Positions 53,281 to 64,000 of a DNA stretch of 64,000 nt are shown here, in pieces. The DNA comes from Octopus bimaculoides. Taxonomy: Eukaryota. The stretch covers positions 104,296,996-104,360,995 of the forward strand of contig NC_068982.1 in assembly GCF_001194135.2 (NCBI RefSeq), in the 5' to 3' direction. Both the position numbers and the translations under genes were made by a program. Below the pieces are notes generated by a model. It was given only the letters and a program-made list of their open reading frames with translations. It made no database searches and was not told the origin of the DNA. Each line of letters begins with the position of its first letter. Positions within the stretch are counted from its first letter, which is position 1.

Positions 53281-55199
53281 ACCTTCTCTTCTATCCATTG
53301 CACAATGCTGCTGGTATAACTAAGGATACCAGTAGATCCCTCCTATTTATTCAACCATACTGCCTGTGTAACTAGAGAGGTGATTGGATCTGTCCAACTC
53401 AGTTTGAGAGATGATATCAAATTTATCTATATTCAATTTCCCTACCACTAATCTTATCATCCTGCCTGTCTTGGTCACCATGAGGCTTATGTTTATTGGA
53501 TTTGTTTGTACACAATTCACACACAAATATTGTAAAAAGGGAAAACACCCTCAATACATATGATGCTAAATCTATAACTCAGATTTGCAATTACTAAAAG
53601 TTTCACAGATGCAAAGAACATCTGTTTATTTAAACATTTTAATAATAGGTGAGACAGTCACATTTTAGTACTGTGAGACAGTCACAGTTTCTAAATAAAG
53701 CTAATCGTCAGAGCCTCATTTACCATTCAGTGAACCACCTAATTTTAAATTAATAAATTAATAGTGCCTTATACAGAAATTTTTTTATTCTTACTTATCC
53801 ATAGGTCAGCCTTGATCCAGAAGACTTATGTTTAATGATTTTCCAGTCAATACCATAATTAATTCATGTTGGTATGTTTGTGATTTAGACATCTATTTTT
53901 TTCCTATCTGCATTTGTATATACAATGTAACTTTTAGCCATTATTTTATCTATGGACAGAAAATAGGTAAGTGTTCCATGCTAAAAGTTTAATAACACCT
54001 AAAAGTAGTCAGATCATCCCTTTTACTGATCATAAAGAGACAAGCCGGTGGTTTAACTTTTTTCCCTTTTTTGTTTTTACTTTTCACAGAAAAGTTCTCT
54101 CAAATGTTTATTTGTAACACAGGTTTTAGCTCACTATGCCATCTTGAATGATCAATATCTACCACTGTTCATAAAGGAAGCCTAATATTTTTCAGTGGTA
54201 TTCTGATCTGCTTGTAATGTTTTGTTTCTTTGTTCTTTTGTATGATACAACTTGTGTCAAAGCAAGCATTCAGTTGGAGACTATTTAGCTGAGAATATTA
54301 TGTGCTTGAGTCTGTTGTATTGTAGTTTATGATTTACAAGATTGCTATATATATTAGAACATCTAAAGATTATTTTAAAACATAACTGAACAAAAGATAT
54401 GATGGATCAATGTAGATATTGATTTGAGTGATGTGTTCTGGGATTCATTAATGGTGGCAATTTAATTAGAGTGGTGTTAGGTGAACTGTACAACTTAGAT
54501 CTGTCAGGGACAACTACAGAAGTTTTAATAATAATTTCTTTATAGGAGGTTGAAAATGAAGTTTTGTGACATTTATCTTCTCCCTCAATGACATTAGCAG
54601 CAAAAGTGAAGTGATTTAGACATATTTGGCAATCAAGACTAAATCATGGAGTAGATATACCAGGAACTTTACTTCAACTTAATAGTAAAGGTGAAATAAT
54701 GTATTAACATAATATAACACTTTGTTGCTGTTGTTATTATTTAACCCCAGGCTATCCTTCATCCAGAAAATCTATAATTAAAGACTTCTCAGCTATGACA
54801 CCCCCATTTTTTTCTTCAGTCATAGTGTATCCAAGATTACATCATCTAATATGTCCTTCCGTTTTTTTTTTCTTTTGTTTACTGAATATGATTTGAAGAC
54901 TTGGTTGCTTTCGCTAACAATTGAGCAGCCATGTAGAGGCTCTCTAGTAATTTTTATTAGTTTATCTGATTGGTTACAGATTTTATGGTGTTTATGTCAG
55001 TCTATGGGTGCAGATTCTTTGCTGAGTGGTTAAAAAGGCTTTCAGAATCTTGAGGTCTTGAGTTCAATCCTATTGTGTAGCATTTTGGACAAGTGTTTTT
55101 GTCACACAAAATGTGATAACTGAGCATGGCTGTTTGGACGCTGGTGATTTGGCATAGCCGAGTGGACACAATGCACATACACACACAAACACTCACACA

Positions 55200-55237
<38 letters not shown>

Positions 55238-55431
55238 GTGCTCACAGAAATGTATACATACAGAGAAAGAGAAGAGAGAGAGAGAGAGCAACATTACAAT
55301 TTATTCATTGAACAATATTGACATGAATACTTTCCCTCTTCTCATACAATAAGGAGAAATATGCTCACACATACACACACACTCATACACGCACATACAT
55401 ACATACACCCACAAAATGAAAGAAGCATTAA

Positions 55432-55651
55432 CTTTTTAGCCTTCAGATTATTGTATCAGATGTACTTCTTATTTATTCAAATTAGTTTGAATTTATCATG
55501 AATTGTCTTGTAGCTTCAAGATTTTGATGGTGTAACTGTTTATTTTTAGAATGTCATTATAGGGTAGGAGTGAGAGGCCTGATTTGACCAGTTTGAACAT
55601 AAAACAGGCAGAATATTTTGGTTGGATATGGCTGGTTTAAATGCTAAAGGG
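55432..55651. mobile_element. piggyBac-like MITE
   Basis: ttaa|ctttttagcctt ... aatgctaaaggg|ttaa. Homologous to 15983. Confidence 0.75.
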
Positions 55652-55896
55652 TTAAAGCAAGAGAAACATTAAAATGTCTGTTGTCAAACAAGTCAGCATT
55701 GAATTAGCAATGCCAAATAGGTGGTGCCAAAACAGCTGCACCAAAATGTCTCATATCCTTTGCATAACTTCCAGTCAATCCAAACCTTGTGAGTGGAACT
55801 GGGTGGAAGTCCATCAAATAGATTGTACCTGATTTCAAAGGACAATTTTTGTCACATTTTATACCACACTGACTTGGCTTAAGAATTACATTAAGG

Positions 55897-56102
55897 CAGG
55901 GGTCGATGAACTGGGGCAAATTATCTTAAGTGGGGTAAGAATGAAATTCTTGCGGGTAATAAGGACTCATTATACATAAGTAAAATTATATAAAAAAACA
56001 CATTCCTTGTTATCTATGATTTTCTTTCTTTCAAATCAAGGGGGTAACGGCATAAATAGATATATTTTGGGGTAATTGGTTAAAAAAGTTCCCCTACCCC
56101 TG
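55897..56102. mobile_element. hAT-type MITE
   Basis: TIR caggggtcgatgaac / gttcccctacccctg. 8-bp TSD cattaagg / cattaaag. Confidence 0.7.
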
Positions 56103-56334
56103 CATTAAAGATACATGTGTCTGTGGAAGACTTGGCCATTTACATGTTAATAAATGAGTTGGACAATTAGTCAATCAAAGAAATAGAATGTTCATCATCA
56201 GAACTGATATAAATCCATCATGTGACATTATTTTCTTCAGTTAGAAGCTATGAATCTTTAGATTCTTAAGTAATAGTTGGAGCAAATTATGGACTGAATT
56301 TAGAGAAAAGAAGACATGTAATAACATATAATGA

Positions 56335-56480
56335 GACGCGGCTGTGTGGTTAATTTGCTTCACGGCCACATCATTTCAGGTTTAATCTCACTGGATGACA
56401 CCTTCGGTAAGTGTCTTCTACTATATCCCTGGATCAACCAATGTATAGTGAGTTAATTTAGTAGACACAAACTGTGTTGA
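56335..56480 (+). mobile_element. SINE family C head
   Basis: gacgcggctgtgtggttaatttgcttc...aagtgtcttctactata. Confidence 0.65.
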
Positions 56481-57211
56481 AGCTCTTTGTGTGTGTGTGT
56501 GTGTGTGTTTAAAAGGTATTTTGTCCAATACTTTACCAATTCTTCAAAGTAAAAAGCTTGAATTGAATGAAAGCCATGACTGCATTTTTTTATTACTTGT
56601 TTTCTAGATTGTTTGCAATGTAAATCATCATCATCTACTTGACACCTGGTGTGTTCAATACTTTGTATCATATGACTATGACTTCTTATTCACTGTCCTT
56701 TAATCGGAGACCCCTAACTTTTCAAGGCTCAACACCAGTGAAATCATTTTGAAACAACGCCTTTTTACTCTCTTTTTGTCTTTCTTTCCTTTTTTTCTGT
56801 TATTAACCATTCAGTTTTCCACAATACCATTATTTGAATGGAGTGGCCAGTGTCATGGGTTGGAGATGGTGTTCTGTTACAGTTGCTTGTCTTTTCTTGC
56901 TAATTACTCAATAGTAATGTCAGGGTTGATTTGAGTACAATGAGGCAATGTGTACTGTCCGGATACACACATCACACTCTCTATTAAAATTTGGACTCTA
57001 GGCTCATTTATTCAGCATGTTTAATACAAGCCTTAAATCGTGATTTGCAATTTGTATCTTGACATATACTTCACTATAAAACTTTAGTCTAACATTATTG
57101 TCTAAGTTTTACTTCTCATATTTCAAATTAATTCCTAACCATTAATTCTTCAGCTCAGTAGCAATGACATATGTCTGTAAATTAATGCTTCTTTTACTTT
57201 CTCTTCTGCAG

Positions 57212-57276
57212 GTTGGTTTGGTGTTTCTGCTCAGTATTGCATCATTAATCATCTATTTCATAGATGCATCAGATGG
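57212..57276 (+). CDS. slo: Internal coding exon of BK/Slowpoke calcium-activated potassium channel alpha subunit (S1 helix; equivalent to KCNMA1 exon 3)
   Basis: Strong acceptor cttttactttctcttctgcag and donor GG|gtaagt. Phase-0 translation VGLVFLLSIASLIIYFIDASD-G(G) matches the recalled S1 of Drosophila Slo (VVLVFILSIASLIIYFVDAS) and human KCNMA1 ([20 protein letters not shown]). The phase 0 to phase 2 boundaries fit the conserved exon. Confidence 0.92.
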
Positions 57277-57304
57277 GTAAGTTAAACTATACATGTGTAT
57301 TATA

Positions 57305-57510
57305 CTCTCTCTCTCTTCTCTCTCTCTCTCCCTCCTCTCTCTCTCTCCCTCCTCTCTCTCTCTCTCTCCCTCCTCTCTCTCTCCTTCCTCTCTTTCTCCT
57401 CCTTTCTTCCACCTCTCCTCCCTCTCTCCTTTCTCTTTCCCTTACTCCCATCTCTCCATCTCTCTCCTTCCTATTTCTAGCTTCTCTCTCTTCCTCTCCC
57501 TTTCTCTCTC
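57305..57510. repeat. Imperfect (CT)-rich polypyrimidine tract
   Basis: Direct reading. Starts 29 nt after the slo exon donor. Confidence 0.9.
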
Positions 57511-58093
57511 AACCATTTCAATAATGTTTGTATGAATAAAATTAGTGTAGTTAGAAGATGCATTAGAATTATTGTCTATGCTAATCCAAAATGGGACAAA
57601 ATTAAAGCAAATAGCTAACCACTTTAGGGGATTTCCTGAACTGGATGGGGTTAACATAACTGAGAATCAATCTGAATTACTTTTGGCAATGATGAAAACT
57701 TCTGGAAATTTTTTTACAGTGTCATTTTATGGAGATTGTATTGACCTAAGCATTTAGAAGTAAGTTATAAGAAGTGCTGCATAATAATCAAGAGGAGAGA
57801 TAAGTGGATAGTATTAACTCATTTGTGACCATATTTCTAATAAAATACTCTGTCTAGTTATTAATATACGCTGCCAGATGAATCAACAAATGAGCTTTTA
57901 CATAGTAGCAGACATGATTATAATATAAAACAGATAAACTAATCTAAATAATGCTTGTAAAAAAAGGGAGACCCAGCTCTTATTTCACATCCTCAACAGA
58001 GGGTTTTATGAAAGTAAGACAATAGTCATCATGTATTCTCACATAAAGGTAGTGGTGAGTGGAATATAAAATAATGTGTATATCTTACTCTTC

Positions 58094-58096
<3 letters not shown>

Positions 58097-58183
<87 letters not shown>
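58097..58183. repeat. (CA)n microsatellite
   Basis: Direct reading. Confidence 0.95.
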
Positions 58184-58185
<2 letters not shown>

Positions 58186-58654
58186 TATAGTTGCAATCAA
58201 GAACTAAGAGAAAAAGGTTGGAAAAGAGAATAACTTTTTCAGAAACATTTGAATTATAATAGATCCTAATTTAAGCACAACCTCACAACCCTAGTCACTT
58301 TTAGAGGAGTGGAAGGGAACTAGTGGATTGCATCTATCCCAGTACTTGACTGGTACTTTATTTTCTTGACCTCAGAGGGATGAAAGACAAAGTTGACTTC
58401 AGGAAGGGCGCCCAGCTGTAGAAACTATACCGAAGATGACATCTGAGCTCAAAGCAGCCCTGCAGCTCATCATATCCTATCAAACTGTCCAACCCATGCC
58501 AGCATGCAAAACAGACAGTGAATGATGATGATGAAAGTAGAAAAACAGAAGAAAAATACCACAAAGCAATTTTCAAACATTCTAATGATTCTGTTAATTG
58601 ATGTCTTTTAAACATTTGAATTACAATCCTTTCTGCTCAAGACAAAATGCTTAA

Positions 58655-58833
58655 ACTTTTGGGGGTGGGGAGGAGGGGCTAGTAAGTTACATCGACCCCA
58701 GTACTCAATTGGTACTTACTTCATCTACCCCAAAGTTGATTTCAGTGGCATTTGAACTCAGGACATAAAAACTGGCAAAATGCCAGTAAGCATCTTACCC
58801 AGTGTGCTAACGACTCTGCCAGCTCACCACCTT
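58655..58833 (-). mobile_element. SINE family D copy
   Basis: acatcgaccccagtactcaattggtacttac...gctaacgactctgccagctcaccacc. Confidence 0.75.
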
Positions 58834-60520
58834 ATGAACAGCTGAATTGTAATGGAACCTTAATTTAAGTAAAAACAGTTTAAATGCAGGGTTTGTATCA
58901 GAAAATTAGAGGCAAGTGGTAAAAGGGATTAAATTAAGTAAGTAAAGCAGTTGTTCATTGTTGAAACCCTAGAAGAGACTGGCAACCACAGCTCACCGAT
59001 TTGTTTGAGATTAGGAAATTACAGCTCACCAGTTTATTTGTGGGGAGGTCACAGGTTGGAGTAAGTCTGTGATACTGTTAAAGCAGAAGGATCTTTTGAC
59101 TGCTGTTATTGTTATCATTGAATAATTTTGCTCATCTATCCTAGGACAGATTTTAGAACATGGGGTTTTCATTTTAAGGTTTAATTTATGTGATCCTTTT
59201 TTTAATGATAAAACAATATTTGCTGAGGGAAATTTGGTTACTACTTTGAACATTATATTAGTTTCAAATTTTGATGCAAGGCCAGTAACTTCAGGAGAGA
59301 GGGTAAGTCAATTACATTGACCCCAAGTAGTTAGCTGGTACTTATTTTATCAACCCAGAAAGGATGAAAGATAAAGTTAATCTTGGCAGAATTTCAACTC
59401 AATATTGAGCTACTGTATAAAAAGTTCATTTGTTGGCTCATATTTTGAGAACAGATCTGAATACAAACATAACTGTGTAATATTTGTAGTGTCAATCACT
59501 GTTCTTTTCAGTGTCTGTTGTTTCACAGTGCAAATTTCTCCTAGTTAGATATAACCTTAAAATAAGTACTTGTGAAGTTAAGTCAAAGAGGGTTTCACCT
59601 ACACTTTCTTTCAGGCATCAGTTAACAATATAGTTCCACTCAAATGTCTTGAAATCGATTAAAATGAAACAATCTAAATTGCTTATAGTGGTTGTCGTTG
59701 TGTTAGACATCCAGCTCTCCAATTTAAACTAGAATAAAAATAAAATAAAAAGACAACTGGCTATAAACAGCAAATAAAGTAACTTCTAATACATTTTATG
59801 CAATATTTTAGAAAATATAAATATTAACCTAATTCATTAATTTTTCTAATTAGACCTTTGTGACATTTTTTCTTACTTCTCTTATATTCAAAGGCTATTT
59901 CTTTTTAATTGACCAAAGAAATATTTTATATTAGATATTATAATCAACAGTCGGAGACAAAAAATATTGATGGTCAACTGATAGGTATTGAACCACACAT
60001 TTATCACATCCTAAGCAACCATATAACTGATTACACAACTACAGTGCTTACCATTATCTCTCTAACATGGTAATCTGTCAAGCAATAGGGTTCAAACCCT
60101 GTTAGAAAACTTATGGTTGTTTTCTGTGTCAATTTTGTACTTATAACGCCTAATAGTATTTATATTAAATTATATTTTTATATAGTATTTTTTATAAGGA
60201 AAAGATGTATTTAATATAATTATATCCTACATATCAATGATAATTGTTTTATCAAGTTGAGAGGTGTAACACTCAATCAACATCCAACTGCATGTAAACT
60301 TCTGATACACAAAACCATAAATCTATAGTTACTCTATATGTACAAATTTAACTTTAAGAAGTAACCTTTAGAAATAATATGTCTGTAACCTTTAGAAATA
60401 ATGTTTTTCTTGCTAATTTCTCTTTAGAATGATACTATTTGTAGCTTTAAAAACTGTATCTTTAGCACAAAATCAAGACCATCAATAATTTGGTGTAGAA
60501 GATTATTAGATGCTCTACAG

Positions 60521-60804
60521 CAGTGCTTCTCAAACTATCTGATGTGGCGTACTGGCAGTTTTTTTTTTTTTTTCCAATGTGCCAGGTACCGGTAATATTT
60601 CTTAGTAACATTTATACTGGAAACAATATATATAATGAATATAATAAAAGTTGACAATTTTTTAATCGTATTTTGTAAACAAATAATGCAATATTACATA
60701 AGCATTTTATAATGTTTCTTTCTTTTCTGGAAATTCGCTGTGTACTGGCAGCTGATGCCTCACGGACCAGCACCATCTGTGGACCACCACTTTGAGTAGC
60801 ACTG
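60521..60804. mobile_element. hAT/Charlie-type MITE
   Basis: TIR cagtgcttctcaaa / tttgagtagcactg (1 mismatch in 14). Perfect 8-bp TSD ctctacag at 60513-60520 and 60805-60812. Confidence 0.9.
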
Positions 60805-63800
60805 CTCTACAGCATATTCTAATGAAGAAGTATTATGACATTGCATATACTGTATAAAGAAGATATGTCTTCCTCTTTAAATCTAAGGAATATTATAATC
60901 CAAAGCACTTGACAATCTAAAGAGACAACCTACTATAAAACATAGCTTGTACTTGTGGTATTAAACATTTTCTTTAATCACTGAAATGTTATGCGCCATT
61001 CTTAAAAATAGATTAACCTCTTGATCAATAAACTCTCCCTTACATGAACCAGTAAGGAATCCTCTACATGGTTGTTTGACCTGCTAGAATTAACAACTAA
61101 ATCTCCTTTTAATCACATGTCACTGATCTTAAGAAAAGGTCATGTTGAACAATGCAGACCTAGACACATTGCCTTATTAAAGATTTTGATTTCTGACTCA
61201 GTACCTTATTTTGTTTTCTCTTTGACTTTTCTATTTTAATAGTCTCTACTCTCCAGATCTTGCTTACTGCACTTCAATTTCACTACATCATATTCTTAAC
61301 ATTTTTCTCTTTTTACATTTCTCTTTGCCTTTTGCCTTTCTTACCTTAAATTTTATTACCTCCAGTTCCTTCTTCAAAAAGTTTGTCCTGTAGATCCTGT
61401 ATCCTTATATGCATATACTAACTATAAACTTTACTAACTCACCTGCTACCATATCCTCCCATCTTTTTTTATTTATTATCTAACACTAATCCTTTACTTT
61501 CAGAATACAAGCAATACCCCTTTAACTTATAGGCAAAGATATATTTGACAATAAATGGAACCACTCAATTCTAAACTTGATGAAAACCTAAAGAAATATA
61601 TATTTAGATGTTCAGTGCAATAAGATATGATCATTACAGCATAAAACCTTCAATTTTTAATTCATCAGGATTTATATTTGGCAAATGAAAGAAAGCAAAA
61701 CTTTTTTTTTATTTGGTGGAATTCTCATTGAACCTATTCACTTTTGTCTTGAAATTTGAGAAATATCATTGTAAATTGTAAATAACATTAAGAGTTCAAG
61801 TGTATCATTAATATAAAGAACATACTTTGCAAGAAAAATATTTACTTTTTATTTCTTTTAGTGGTTTCAGCCATTGAGTTGAGCCCATACTGGGGCACTC
61901 TCTTTGTTAGTTTTTAGTTGGTTATATCAACCACAGTACCTATTTCAGTGTGGCACTTATTTTATTGAACACTATTTGTCAAATTACTTAGGACATATAG
62001 GGACACAACATAAACAATAACACTGGTTTTCAGACTGGTGTAATTGTAAATACAGCTACAAACACACACATGTATACATATAGATGACAAGCTTCAGCAA
62101 TTTACACAGATATAGAAAGACAATATGCTGCACAAATTGTCTTGAGAGAACAAATTTTCCTGATTGTCTCTGTATGTCTGAGTGTGCACAAACATGTTAA
62201 ATATGGTTGTATATAACTATATTGCAGTCAGTGTTGCTTAGTGCATCTCTAATTAATTAATTCCAGCCTGACAGAGCTTTCCACATGTCAGCAAATGTAC
62301 TGTTTGCTATTCTGACATAAGACTGACCAGCTTTTACTGGCCACGAGCAACAGCCTGGTAGATGTAGACGAAGTGTAATGATGCAGAAATGCATGCATCC
62401 TATAGTCTGGTGACCTCATTCGTAGCCTAGTAGTGTGTTTACACCCATATTATCTATAAGGAGAATTTCTTCAGTCAAGACAACTTATGCAGGTCAAAGT
62501 TGTACATATTAGATATGACTGTATATTACTATATTTCATTCAATGTTGCTTAGTGTGCCTAATTTGTGTGTGTGAGCATGTGTAAGTATGTGTGGATGTG
62601 TGCTATAAATGCGATAGTAATAAACATGTGTGTAAGATGCCATCAGATTGTCTAAGTTGAATCAAATTCAGAACTATGTAGTTACAAAACAAACTTCTTA
62701 ACCACACAACTGTTCCTGCATCTTTTTTCTTCTTTTTCTTTTTTTCCCTTTTTTTTTTTTTTTACATATCAAAATAAACTAGATTTAACCTGTTCTCAAT
62801 ACACACATCAATATCAATAATTCACATAAGGGAAACAGTTATTTAGGTCTTGGAATTTTGTTTCTATGTCAGTGACATCATGTAACAATTTAATCTTCAC
62901 ATTTCTGTTCTTGATATTATCTCATTAATTCATACAATGACTACACACAGATATATTGTAGAATGCTTGGAAAGTGGCTGGCAAGAACAAGTGGTGAGCC
63001 CCTAAAAATATATCAAATATTATTGGCTCAATATTATTGTTCTGACTATGCTTAGATTTAAGTAATTGCAAGATGATGGTAATTATATTCCATTTCAAAA
63101 TATGACATGTTTTATCATCAGTACAATCATCGTTTATAATTCAAACAGATATGAAGCTTGATTAGAAGAAATATATATAAAACTAGGAAGAAAAATTGAA
63201 ATACTTTTGCTTTAATTTTTATGTAATTAAATAAATTTCTACTTCAGCATATTGTTTGTAGGTCATTTATTTTATTTTTCTCTTCATCATCATCGTCGTC
63301 ATCATCATCACCACAACCACGATCATTGCTTTAACATCCACTTTTCTATGGTGGCATGTAAATAATATGGACATATTCCTATACCACTTATATGTTTTGT
63401 GGTTAAAGAACATTGTTTTGCTGCTGCTTGACTCCAGGTTTCATCCCATCCCATGGCATGGGACCTTGAACAAGTATCCTACCATAGCTTTGGGTTTACT
63501 AATATACTCTTAGTGAAATTTGATGGACAAAAAATTATGTTCAAGGAGATACATTTTATATACATTGGTAAGAAAAACAGATAAACCTGTGCTTTCAAAT
63601 ATAAATACCATTTGGTAGGTTTTCTACCTGTCATGCACTGTCACTCTTGTTGCTCTCAATGTTGTTGCTTTCACCAAGCATGGAACAGTGACTGGTATAT
63701 TCAGACCTCATAAGCAACAGCACTATTGTTTACAAAATACTACATAAAATAATTAAATGAATATAATGAATGTGACCCTATTACAGTATTGTTTCATAAA

Positions 63801-64000
63801 TTTTAATTCTATGTCGTCTTATCTAAGAAGCTAATGTTTTTTTATCTTTGATCGAACCACTTCCTTACAAATTTTCTTTAGCTTAACTGCATTATGAATA
63901 CCTCCTACTGTTAATTCACAGTTCTTTTATCACTCATAAAATTAATGAATGCTACACACTAAGTCCATGCCAAGTCATCACATCCACATGCATTAAGCTA

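Noticed and set aside
61504-61560. Good acceptor downstream of the S1 exon (cctttactttcag)
   Set aside because: In the required phase it reaches a stop after 6 codons and shows no S2 similarity.

Overview
AT-rich, CpG-poor, repeat-dense eukaryotic DNA from a gapped short-read assembly. The repeat families look like those of Octopus, but this taxon call is from recall and was not checked. Only one protein-coding segment is recognisable: a 65-nt plus-strand exon at 57212-57276 (VGLVFLLSIASLIIYFIDASDG) encoding the S1 helix of the BK/Slowpoke Ca2+-activated K+ channel (slo/KCNMA1 orthologue). Neither canonical neighbouring exon was found by eye, so the window appears to be at least 57 kb of upstream intron, the exon, and about 6.7 kb of downstream intron. 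The rest is decayed LINEs (RTE and CR1/L2-type), several SINE families, hAT- and piggyBac-like MITEs, long foldback hairpins, microsatellites and eight N gaps. Nearly all ORFs in the supplied track are artefacts of microsatellites, gaps or repeats. I found no convincing novel multi-gene system. The best leads are two candidate unannotated slo exons, several long rod-like hairpins inside a cephalopod channel pre-mRNA (possible ADAR substrates), and a probable false assembly gap. Coordinates of decayed repeats are approximate.
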